Assembly: GCA_022616555.1 (NCBI GenBank)
Contig: JAKEEG010000075.1
Coordinates: 59,451-123,450, forward strand
Direction of reading: 5' to 3'
DNA from: Ignavibacteriota bacterium
GTDB lineage: Bacteria > Bacteroidota > Ignavibacteria > UBA10030
DNA length: 64,000 nt
The notes beneath the pieces were generated by a model that was not told the origin of the DNA, did not search any database, and saw only the letters and a program-made list of their open reading frames with translations. Shown piece by piece: positions 46,030 to 55,116 of the stretch (positions are counted from its first letter, which is position 1; every line of letters begins with the position of its first letter). Both the position numbers and the translations under genes were made by a program.

Positions 46030-48945
46030 ATGACCTCATCCCAAGATACCAGCACGCGCAAACTCGCCGCCATTATGTTCACGGACATTAAGGCGTTCTC
46101 GTGGAAAATGGCAACGGATGAAATCGCCGCGATGCAGATCCTCAAAACGCACGACTCGATGATGACGGAATCCATCGTCCAGTACGGCGGGAAGGTGATT
46201 AAATCGATCGGCGATTCGTTTATGGTGGACTTCACCAGCGCGGTGAACGCCGTAACATGCGCGATGGAGCTTCAACGGCGCTTCTGGGAATTCAACCAGG
46301 GAAAAACCGACTTCAATAAGATTGAAGTCCGCATGGGATTGCACCTGGGTGACGTCATCGACGTCGGCAACGACATGTACGGCGATGGTGTGAACATCGC
46401 CTCCCGCGTCGAAGCCATCACCGAGCCGAACCGCATCTGTATTACGCAGGATATCTACAGCCAGGTGAAGAAGAAGATGTCGCAGCTGAACGTCTTCTCC
46501 ATCGGTCCGATGAAGTTCAAAAACATCGATGACCCGGTTGAGGTGTACGAAATTTTGATGGACGACATCCCCGAGCTTTCTGCTCCCTCGAAAACAGCAA
46601 AGCAAGCGCCGACGCGTAAGGCAGCTGAAAAAACCGCCGAGCGCGAAGCGAAGGAAGCCAAGTCTGTTGAAGCGCGGCGACAAAAACTACAGGAGCAGAA
46701 CAGCGAAAAGATTAAGATGCACTATAAGAAGGCCGAGATCTTTTTCCAGAAGGGCAAGTTAGACGAAGCGGAAGCAGAGCTTGCGGAAATCGAAAAGCTG
46801 ACCGGCGGTGGCGAAGCAGCCGAACCCGGCGCCACTGTCGATAAGGGCGAAGAAGAAAAGCAGAAGACGATTCAATCGCTCTACAAAAAGGCTGAGGAAG
46901 CCTTCCACAAGGGCCAGCTCGAAGACGCTGAGAAGGCGATCCAGGAAATCTACCGTCTTGTGCCGATGCACTACGGCGCGCAGATGATTATGGCGCAGAT
47001 TGAAGAGGAGCGGTTCAAGCTTGCCGAAGAGCGCAGGCGAAAAATCGAATCCGACCGCCGCGCAATGCAGGAAAAGACAGAAAAGTTGGACAGCCTGCGA
47101 AAGCAAGCCACGACGCTGCTTGGAGAAGAAAAATTCGACGAAGCCCTCGAGGCTGCAAAGGAAATGCTCACGGTCGATGCGGACAATGGCGAGGCCAAGC
47201 AGCTCCGCCAACGCATTCAACAGCAGAAGAAAGAAAAAGAGGAGCGCGAGCGTGCGGCTGCCGAGGAAGCGGAGCGCATTCTCCAAGCAACGCTTGAACG
47301 CCGCGCCGAGCAGGCGAAAACATTTGAGCCTAAAGTTGAAGTGCAACAGAAAAAATCGAAATTTAACACCAAGCTAGCACTGCAGGTCGTTGGTGCTCTG
47401 GCGGGGATTGCGGCATTGTATTTCATCGGGGTGTTCATTAAAGAAACTCTCTTCCCGAATACCGCCACTGTTGCAGTTGTCATCACCGGGGGCGCGCCCG
47501 CGAATAGCGTCGGCCACCATGTCAGCAGGGCTATGGCCATTATGCTGACAGACGATTTCGCCCGGCAGGAACATGTTACGACGGCATCGGCTTTTTCGGC
47601 GCTCGCAAGCAGGCGAAGCGGTAAAACGAAGGAGGAGCTGCTCACAGACTTGGGCGTCCGGCAGTTAGTGCTGGTCGACGTGCGGCCCGATAGCGGAGAT
47701 GTCTCAGTGCAGGTGGAGTTATTCGACACCGAGCAAAAAACGATTTGGGAAGAGCGGCTGCCCGCGGACAATCTGTTGAGAATCCCGGAAATCCGGACGA
47801 CGGTAGTGAACACCGTGCTGGATAGGCTTGGGGTGAATTCCGATGTCGCCGACCTTGACGCTCCGACCCGCAACGCACAGGCGTACGAAAATTATCTTGT
47901 CGGACTCTCGCTTGTCAATCAACGCACTGCTCTTGGGCTTGCAATCGATACGCTGACAGCGGCAATTCGACTTGACGGATCATTTTCAGAAGCGCGTGCT
48001 GTCCGCGCGCTCGCGTACGTCGAAGCTTATAAGCTCGGCGGTGAAACAAACCCCACCCTGCTCAACGCCGCTTCAGGCGACCTCCAATCGGCGGGTAACA
48101 CGGGAAACAACGCGTTGGCATCTTTGACTGCAGGAATGATCTACCGCTACCGGCAGCAGTTCGGCGAAGCCCGGCAAGCGATCGACCGAAGCCTCGTGTT
48201 ACAACCACAGTGTGCGGCAAGCTACAGGGAGCTCGCTCTCATCGAGATACCGTACGGCAACTACGATGAAGCAAAAGTCCACGCCGAACAAGCATTGAAG
48301 CTGGACCCAAGAAACTATGAATCGCACATCACCGCAGGTATTGTGGCACATTTCCGTAAAGAATATGAACAGGCGCTTCAATACTATAACGATGGCATTG
48401 CTGCCGGGGCGAACGGGACACTCATCACCCTTCGGTACAGGCTGAATGCGTGGAAAAATTCGTTTAAGGAATCAGAGCAGATCGAGTACGTCAAAAGTTT
48501 GCACGCGGGCAGCCCGCAAGACTACAAGACAAATTATTGGCTCGGCCGCGCATATATGCAGAACGCCAAGCTCGATAGCGCCAGGCCATTCTTAGACCTC
48601 GCAGTTTCTCTCGCTGATAGGGCTGTCGCAACAAACCCCGGCGACGCAACAGCCCAAGGGTTTCTCGCTCTCTCGAAAGCCTTTCGCGGGCGTCTTGACG
48701 AAGCTCAGCGCGGAATCGAATCTGCGATTCAACGTATTGGCTCGTCGGACGCTTCACTTCTCTACCGGAGAGCACAAGTATACGCCATCCAGGGTGAGCA
48801 AGGCAAAGCGCAAGCGTACAGATCCTTGAAAGAGGCGGTTGCTAATGAATTTATGATGTGGGAAATTCTTAGTCCGGAGTTCTACAGCATTCAAAAGGAT
48901 GCGGAGTACGGCGAGGCAATCGTGCGAACGGACGGTTCTAACTAA
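46030..48945 (+). CDS. Class III adenylate cyclase with coiled/TPR linker, TM helix and extracytoplasmic TPR region
   Basis: AIMFTDI, VIKSIGD, GLHLGD, DMYGDGVNIASR. TM around aa 450-470. Promoter TTGATT-17-TATCTT at 45896-45924. Confidence 0.9.
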   Translation: MTSSQDTSTRKLAAIMFTDIKAFSWKMATDEIAAMQILKTHDSMMTESIVQYGGKVIKSIGDSFMVDFTSAVNAVTCAMELQRRFWEFNQGKTDFNKIEVRMGLHLGDVIDVGNDMYGDGVNIASRVEAITEPNRICITQDIYSQVKKKMSQLNVFSIGPMKFKNIDDPVEVYEILMDDIPELSAPSKTAKQAPTRKAAEKTAEREAKEAKSVEARRQKLQEQNSEKIKMHYKKAEIFFQKGKLDEAEAELAEIEKLTGGGEAAEPGATVDKGEEEKQKTIQSLYKKAEEAFHKGQLEDAEKAIQEIYRLVPMHYGAQMIMAQIEEERFKLAEERRRKIESDRRAMQEKTEKLDSLRKQATTLLGEEKFDEALEAAKEMLTVDADNGEAKQLRQRIQQQKKEKEERERAAAEEAERILQATLERRAEQAKTFEPKVEVQQKKSKFNTKLALQVVGALAGIAALYFIGVFIKETLFPNTATVAVVITGGAPANSVGHHVSRAMAIMLTDDFARQEHVTTASAFSALASRRSGKTKEELLTDLGVRQLVLVDVRPDSGDVSVQVELFDTEQKTIWEERLPADNLLRIPEIRTTVVNTVLDRLGVNSDVADLDAPTRNAQAYENYLVGLSLVNQRTALGLAIDTLTAAIRLDGSFSEARAVRALAYVEAYKLGGETNPTLLNAASGDLQSAGNTGNNALASLTAGMIYRYRQQFGEARQAIDRSLVLQPQCAASYRELALIEIPYGNYDEAKVHAEQALKLDPRNYESHITAGIVAHFRKEYEQALQYYNDGIAAGANGTLITLRYRLNAWKNSFKESEQIEYVKSLHAGSPQDYKTNYWLGRAYMQNAKLDSARPFLDLAVSLADRAVATNPGDATAQGFLALSKAFRGRLDEAQRGIESAIQRIGSSDASLLYRRAQVYAIQGEQGKAQAYRSLKEAVANEFMMWEILSPEFYSIQKDAEYGEAIVRTDGSN

Positions 48946-48960
48946 ATTATCTCAAACGTC

Positions 48961-51669
48961 TTACCTGCTCCACCAATACGTCAGCTTCAATGAAATCACA
49001 TTATCAGGCCTGTCGCGAAACAGGGTGCTCAGATCCCTTCCGAAACGAAAGTCGCCGTTGACCTCATAATCGAACTTCTCATTAGTCCATACCAGATACA
49101 TGGTAGAGCCGGGCAAAAACTCCCAGCGCAAGACGGCGTTTAGATTAAGGAATTTATAGTTGAAGTTGGGATTGTTCAGTAGAAACGCGTTCTGTATCAA
49201 GCTGTTGGTATCCGGGGTAATCGTGTAAACGTTGTTGTTTAACGAAATGGTCGATGAGTTCTCGCCATACTGGTTGAACGAAAACGAGCGCGGCCTGGCA
49301 AGCTCCTTCAACTCCGTGTAATCACCGGTAGAGAGGAGTGGCTGCATGAACACCTGCAGGCTTAGTTTTGGAGTGAATGTCCAGCTTAACCTGAGCGAAG
49401 CGGCAACCTGCGTTTGATGCAACGACCCAAAAATATACCTTGTGCCATACGTTTCCGCCGCACGGGGATCGAGTATGGCATCGACGTATTGTGCTACTTG
49501 ATAAACGCGCAAAAGCGAAGGTGAAATGCTAAGTTTGACCGTTGACGACGCCTTCCATTCCAGTGTGACACCTGTGCTGTATAGCCAACTGCCTGTAGTT
49601 GCCGAGGCGCCGCTAAAGACCGCAGAGCCGCTGAGCCTTTCTCGAGCATCGCTGTAGACCTCAAAGGATATCGAGTTGCTTTCTTGTGATTCCATCAGTG
49701 GTCCGCCGCGAGTTCTCTGGTCATCAAACGTCCTGGCATTGTGAGAGAACGCAAGATTACCACCCCAATAATTCAGCAATGTGCCGCCCACGCCGAGTGA
49801 ATACGATTCCCGGGTGGCAATACCCCCAAAATTGTATGCCCTGAGTACCCACCCTCCCACGTATTTATAGCGAAAAAAGTTATCGAGGTCATACCATTGA
49901 TAGCCCGTATAGATGTGCGTGTTGATATAATCCGCATAGTTGAGAAATCCGGTGTCATTCGTTTCGAATTTCGGGTGAATCATACCGAGCGCGGCGTTGA
50001 AAAAGAAATTGCCCTTAACCTTATCGACCCACACACGTGTAGCCCAACCGGCCATGGAAGTTGCATTAGAATCGACAGAGACATGATCGGCGTCAGGACG
50101 CTGGAAAAAATGCTGCGAGGAGCGCTGGAGCGAGAGCATGCGCTGTTTCGAGCCCTGAACATACGAGCCGCCTGCCCAACCTGTTACCACCCAATCTTTA
50201 GCCTGGTCCAGAAACACCCACCCATCAAGTCCCCCGGAAAGCGCTCTGCTATTCATGAGGTTGCTCAACTGCTCACCGTTGAGGTCCCGCCCCATAATTG
50301 TACCGATTATCCCGACTGCCTGCCTCGCGTCATTGAATTCTTTACGCGTCCGCACGACGGCGTAAAATGTTAGCGGCTCGACCTCTTCACTGAATTGGTT
50401 GCCCGCTGAATCGACAGAGCCGTACTCGCGCTCGGTCACAGCAGAGAGAGCGGCTATCGACCATGTGTTATCGATCTTTCCGCTGACTTTCGCAGCACCA
50501 AGTATGGTCGTGCGGTCGGGTATATTTTCGAAGCCGTTGTGCGTCACAAATCCCTGCGGTGCCCTACCGACGCGCCGACTATAAAAGAAACTCGGATCGC
50601 TCCACTCAAAATTATTCAATGACACAGCCCCGCCTCCACCAAACCGTAGAATATCAGAACCTTCGATGAAAAACGGCCGTTTTTCGTCGTAGCGCACTTC
50701 GTAAGCTGTAAGATTGACAACGGCGGGGTCTACTTCCACCTGAGCAAAATCCGGATTAAGAGAGACATCGAGCGTCATATCGCCGGACAACCCGATTTTC
50801 GCGTCGGCGCCAAGGGCCGCTTGATAGTCCCTACCGATGACAAACGGGTCGTCGCGTCCTATATTGAACGAATGCACTGGCGGCCGTTCGATAAACTTGC
50901 CCGTGCTGGTAATATACGGAAGGACTTCGATTCGTGACGGTGGCTCTATTCCTGCCAGCCCGTTCAAGTCCGCCCACCGTGAAACGCGCAAACGATCGTT
51001 TCGGGGATGAAACACGAGAAAGGATTCTTCATTCTTACGTTCGACTCTTCGGTAAAAATCGATCCCCCAGGTGTACTCGTCTTGTTTTGAAAAGCGTAGC
51101 TGGGAGTAAGGAATACGAAATTCGGCCGTCCAGCCTTTCTCGTCTGTTCCAACCGCAGCCTCCCAGACGCCATCCCACTTAGGGTCGAGGAAGGTATCGT
51201 TGGAAAAAGCACCGTCGCGGATTGCCCCCGAGGGGTTAATGATGAAATAATAACCGGTACGGCGGTCGTAGGCAGCATCGATAAAAATGCCGATATGGTC
51301 GGCACCCGGATTTTCATCCCGGCGTGCAAGCCTTCCGATAATCGAGTCCGGCTCGCTATCGTACATACGCGCAGCAATGTACAGGGCGTAGTCGTCGTAG
51401 GCTATCCAGATTTCCGTATCTTCAGTTGCGGAGACTCCCTCTTCGGGCTCTCGCTGAATAAAGCCGGTAGTGCCTGAACCCTTCCACAGCAATTCTGTCA
51501 GTTTACCATCGATGGACACACTTTCAAAACAACGTACAGCCGTAAGAACTCGCTGTTCTCTTGGGTCTGAAAGATTTGTGACTATCTGGTTCTGAGAGTA
51601 GGCGGAAGGTAACGACAAACTGAACACCAGCAGCAACGCGATGGAGCGACTGTTAGTTCGTAGATTCAT
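48961..51669 (-). CDS. CBM9-like plus DUF5916 outer-membrane protein
   Basis: IDGKLTE, GWTAEFRIPYSQLRF, NPDFAQVEVD, EKRPFFIEG, FFYSRRVG, LRWEFLPGS. Confidence 0.88.
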   Translation of the reverse strand: MNLRTNSRSIALLLVFSLSLPSAYSQNQIVTNLSDPREQRVLTAVRCFESVSIDGKLTELLWKGSGTTGFIQREPEEGVSATEDTEIWIAYDDYALYIAARMYDSEPDSIIGRLARRDENPGADHIGIFIDAAYDRRTGYYFIINPSGAIRDGAFSNDTFLDPKWDGVWEAAVGTDEKGWTAEFRIPYSQLRFSKQDEYTWGIDFYRRVERKNEESFLVFHPRNDRLRVSRWADLNGLAGIEPPSRIEVLPYITSTGKFIERPPVHSFNIGRDDPFVIGRDYQAALGADAKIGLSGDMTLDVSLNPDFAQVEVDPAVVNLTAYEVRYDEKRPFFIEGSDILRFGGGGAVSLNNFEWSDPSFFYSRRVGRAPQGFVTHNGFENIPDRTTILGAAKVSGKIDNTWSIAALSAVTEREYGSVDSAGNQFSEEVEPLTFYAVVRTRKEFNDARQAVGIIGTIMGRDLNGEQLSNLMNSRALSGGLDGWVFLDQAKDWVVTGWAGGSYVQGSKQRMLSLQRSSQHFFQRPDADHVSVDSNATSMAGWATRVWVDKVKGNFFFNAALGMIHPKFETNDTGFLNYADYINTHIYTGYQWYDLDNFFRYKYVGGWVLRAYNFGGIATRESYSLGVGGTLLNYWGGNLAFSHNARTFDDQRTRGGPLMESQESNSISFEVYSDARERLSGSAVFSGASATTGSWLYSTGVTLEWKASSTVKLSISPSLLRVYQVAQYVDAILDPRAAETYGTRYIFGSLHQTQVAASLRLSWTFTPKLSLQVFMQPLLSTGDYTELKELARPRSFSFNQYGENSSTISLNNNVYTITPDTNSLIQNAFLLNNPNFNYKFLNLNAVLRWEFLPGSTMYLVWTNEKFDYEVNGDFRFGRDLSTLFRDRPDNVISLKLTYWWSR

Positions 51670-51886
51670 CCAATCCTTTCGTTACAGAACGAGTGACAAT
51701 ATCACATTCTGCGAATACAAATGCAAGCTTGAATTTGACGTGTTTTTTTCGGTATTTTGCAACGCTCGTTCAATCGACGGGTAGCTTTGCGGAGCGGATC
51801 CTTCCTGAGCAACCCATCTAGAATATTCACCGTACCCATGCCGACGCACTACCGTGCGCGGCGCGGGGAAATACTGGGGGACACCC

Positions 51887-53005
51887 ATGAAAGTTTTCGA
51901 AGAGATTGAGCGAAAAGACCATGAGCAAGTGGTTTTTTTCTCAGATAAAAAAGTTGGACTGCGAGCCATCATTGCCATCCACAATACATCGCTTGGACCG
52001 GCATTAGGCGGCACGCGCATGTGGACATACGCCAGCGACGACGAAGCACTGCACGATGTCCTGCGACTTTCCCGCGGCATGACCTATAAAGCGGCAGTTG
52101 CTGGTCTTAACCTCGGCGGCGGGAAGGCAGTCATCATTGGTGATTCACACAAAGACAAAACCGAGGCTTTGTTTCGTACCTACGGCAGGTTTATAGACGG
52201 CTTAGGCGGGCGCTACATTACCGCTGAAGACGTCGGCACAACCGAGCGCGACATGGAATGGGTGCGGATGGAAACCAAATACGTTACGGGAACCTCCCGC
52301 GCACTTGGTGGAAGTGGTGACCCTTCGCCCGTGACTGCCTATGGCATCTACGTGGGCATAAAAGCGTGCGCGCACGAGGCGTTCGGCAACGACTCACTCC
52401 GCGGGAAAAAAGTCGCAATTCAGGGCGCTGGGAAGGTTGGTACGTTCCTCGGTGGGCATCTTGTGAAAGAGGGCGCAAAGGTCTATATTACGGACATTTA
52501 CGAAGACAAGGCAAAGAGCGCAGCAAAAAAACTCAAGGCGACGTACGTAAAACCCAACAAACTGCATGAGCTCCCAGTGGATATCCATGCACCGTGTGCC
52601 TTGGGGGGCTCACTCAACGACGAAACGATTCCCAAGCTCCGTTGTAAAATTATCGCGGGCGGAGCAAACAACCAACTGTTGGACGAAAAGAAGCATATAG
52701 CCCAGCTTGTCGAACGCGGGATTCTCTGGGCGCCAGATTTCGCCATCAACGCGGGTGGGCTGATCAACGTCGCTAACGAACTCGAGGGGTACCGCGAAGA
52801 GCGCGCTCTTAAACGCGCGGAGGGAATTTACGATACGCTGAAACAGATTTTCGCAATTTCCAAACATGAGAAGATCACGACTGCTCAAGCGGCAAACAGG
52901 CTTGCAGAAGATCGCATCGCGAAGATTTCGCGCATAAAGCAGCTTTATACCGGCAGGTCAGAATTCAGGGGTAGGTTGGGAGAGTTGAGTCCGAAGTCGC
53001 GATAG
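51887..53005 (+). CDS. Leucine dehydrogenase (Glu/Leu/Phe/Val family)
   Basis: GPALGGTR, GMTYK, LGGGK, TAEDVGT, GDPSPVTAYG, QGAGKVG, GGANNQL, NAGGLIN. Confidence 0.95.
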   Translation: MKVFEEIERKDHEQVVFFSDKKVGLRAIIAIHNTSLGPALGGTRMWTYASDDEALHDVLRLSRGMTYKAAVAGLNLGGGKAVIIGDSHKDKTEALFRTYGRFIDGLGGRYITAEDVGTTERDMEWVRMETKYVTGTSRALGGSGDPSPVTAYGIYVGIKACAHEAFGNDSLRGKKVAIQGAGKVGTFLGGHLVKEGAKVYITDIYEDKAKSAAKKLKATYVKPNKLHELPVDIHAPCALGGSLNDETIPKLRCKIIAGGANNQLLDEKKHIAQLVERGILWAPDFAINAGGLINVANELEGYREERALKRAEGIYDTLKQIFAISKHEKITTAQAANRLAEDRIAKISRIKQLYTGRSEFRGRLGELSPKSR

Positions 53006-53131
53006 ATATTACTGATACCGGACAACAAGGTTTTTCACAGAAACAGCAACACTGTGTTGCTTGGCATTAGTTAACTCGGAAATGTTGCGAGTGATGCCTT
53101 TATAGAGAGTCTTACTTGACGGTTCTTTCAC

Positions 53132-53611
53132 ATGGCATTTAAACGGCGGTTGGTTAGAGAAAAAGTGTTGCAGGCACTGTACGCGTACGAGCTCTCCGGC
53201 GAACCGGTAGATTTCGTTGTGGAGCATATTCTTGCCTCTCTCGAAAAAGAGCGCGAAACGTTCGAGTTTGCGGCAAAATTTGTGAAAGCGGTCATCGAAC
53301 ATTCCGACGAAATCGACGGCATCATCCGGGGGCACGTGGAGCACTGGGAATTCAGCCGGCTCGCCATCATCGATAAACTGATTCTTCGTATGGGCATTTG
53401 CGAGCTTTTGTATTATGACGATATACCGCCCAAGGTTTCCATTAATGAATCAATTGAAATAGCCCGTCTTTACAGCACAGAGAAGAGTGATAAGTTCGTC
53501 AACGGTGTGCTTGACGCAATTTTGAGTGACCTGACAAAGAGCGGTAAACTGAAAAAATCAGGCAGGGGCTTGCAGACAAGTCGCACTCAGCAAAGGCCTC
53601 CCAAACAGTGA
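53132..53611 (+). CDS. nusB: Transcription antitermination factor NusB
   Basis: RRLVREKVLQALY, IDKLILR, PPKVSINESIEIA, FVNGVLD. Confidence 0.97.
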   Translation: MAFKRRLVREKVLQALYAYELSGEPVDFVVEHILASLEKERETFEFAAKFVKAVIEHSDEIDGIIRGHVEHWEFSRLAIIDKLILRMGICELLYYDDIPPKVSINESIEIARLYSTEKSDKFVNGVLDAILSDLTKSGKLKKSGRGLQTSRTQQRPPKQ

Positions 53612-53624
53612 TCGAAACCTACGA

Positions 53625-54908
53625 ATGAGCACACTGAACCAATCCCACAACGAACAACAGAACGAGCAACAACCGGTAAGCCGCGGCAAAGTTTTCGCGT
53701 GGGCTCTGTACGACTTCGCGAACACTGCCTTTTACGTTTTGATTCTCACCGTCGGTTATCCGTTATACTTCAAGAAAATTGTCGCAGCCGATAGCACGCA
53801 AAGCGATGCATTGTGGGGGCTTGCGTTTAGCATTTCCATGTTGTTCGTTGCGCTGCTCTCTCCGGTGTTAGGCGCAGTAGCGGATTATGGCGCGGGCAAA
53901 AAACGGTTCCTCGGCATCTTTACAGTGCTGTGCGTATTAGCGACAGCTGGGCTGTTTTTTGTGGAAGGCTCAATGATCGTTTGGGGCATCGTATTGCTTA
54001 TCCTCGCCAACATCGGGTTTGAGGCAGGGCTGGTGTTTTACGATGCATTCTTGCCCGAGATTACAACAGAACGAAGCTACGGGCGTGTGTCTGGATACGG
54101 GTTTGCGGTGGGTTACATCGGCTCTCTTGTAACGCTCTTTACAGCCCTGCCGCTCTTTGAAGGAGGATTCGAGCCGGAAAACCTTTTGAACGTTCGGATA
54201 AGTTTTCTCGTGGCGGCCGGATTTTTCTTCTTCTTCGCCCTCCCGTTGTTTGCGTTTGTCCCCGACCGGCAACGGTTTGCACCGCTCAAATTGAACTTTG
54301 CGAAAGTCGGTTTTGAACGATTACGGAACACTATCCGAGAGTTTCCTCTTTACCGGAACGTTGCAAAATTTTTGCTGTCCTATTTTATTTATATCGACGC
54401 GATTAACACCATTATCGTCTTTTCCTCCATTTTTGCCGATGAAACGCTTCATTTAACAATTCAAGAAATTATCTACTTCTTCATCATCGTCCAGACCTCC
54501 GCTATCATCGGCTCGCTGGTATTCGGCGTGCTGGCGGATAAGTTGGGGCACAAAAAGACGCTTACACTCTCGCTGCTGATCTGGGTCGTCATCGTTGTCA
54601 TCGCATATTTTACGACGGACAAAACGACGTTCTTCGTTGTCGGGTTCCTTGCAGGCATCGCGCTCGGATCATCGCAATCATCGAGCCGCAGCTTGATGTC
54701 TGCGATAGTCCCCGCCGACAAAAAAACCGAATTCTTCGGTTTTTACTCGTTCTTCGGAAAAGCGTCTGCAATTTTAGGGCCTCTCTTGTTCGGAGTTCTT
54801 TCTTCGAACTTCAATCAACGCGTTGCCATACTCGCCATTGGAATTCTTCTCATTGGAGGATTGCTTTTGCTTCAACGAGTAGAAGTCAAGCGTGCGGAAT
54901 CGACTTAG
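53625..54908 (+). CDS. MFS transporter (UMF1/ATG22-like)
   Basis: WALYDFAN, SPVLGAVAD, FYDAFLPEI, GRVSGYG, SRSLM, EFFGFY. Confidence 0.92.
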   Translation: MSTLNQSHNEQQNEQQPVSRGKVFAWALYDFANTAFYVLILTVGYPLYFKKIVAADSTQSDALWGLAFSISMLFVALLSPVLGAVADYGAGKKRFLGIFTVLCVLATAGLFFVEGSMIVWGIVLLILANIGFEAGLVFYDAFLPEITTERSYGRVSGYGFAVGYIGSLVTLFTALPLFEGGFEPENLLNVRISFLVAAGFFFFFALPLFAFVPDRQRFAPLKLNFAKVGFERLRNTIREFPLYRNVAKFLLSYFIYIDAINTIIVFSSIFADETLHLTIQEIIYFFIIVQTSAIIGSLVFGVLADKLGHKKTLTLSLLIWVVIVVIAYFTTDKTTFFVVGFLAGIALGSSQSSSRSLMSAIVPADKKTEFFGFYSFFGKASAILGPLLFGVLSSNFNQRVAILAIGILLIGGLLLLQRVEVKRAEST

Positions 54909-54949
54909 CGGTCAAAAAATCTGACTCTTTGTTAGGACACATCAAAAAC

Positions 54950-55035
54950 TGTCATTGCGAGTGTTTTTCAGCGAAGCAATCTCGTTTTTTCTTCTTAGGT
55001 TAGATTGCTTCGGCACAAAGCGCCTCGCAATGACA
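54950..55035. repeat. REP-like palindromic element, GTCATTGCGAG family, copy 2
   Basis: TGTCATTGCGAG...CGAAGCAATCT...AGATTGCTTCG...CTCGCAATGACA. Confidence 0.88.
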
Positions 55036-55116
55036 AACGGTAGCTTTTTTGTTGCATTTCCATGTGAATCTCCATACATTTTTCGGACTTTTTGTTCAAC
55101 AAGACGGAGCACGTTA

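Noticed and set aside
54955-55116. N-terminal extension of the NhaC-family ORF
   Set aside because: It reads through a REP element and the promoter. The TTG at 55117 has an SD and is followed by a signal peptide.
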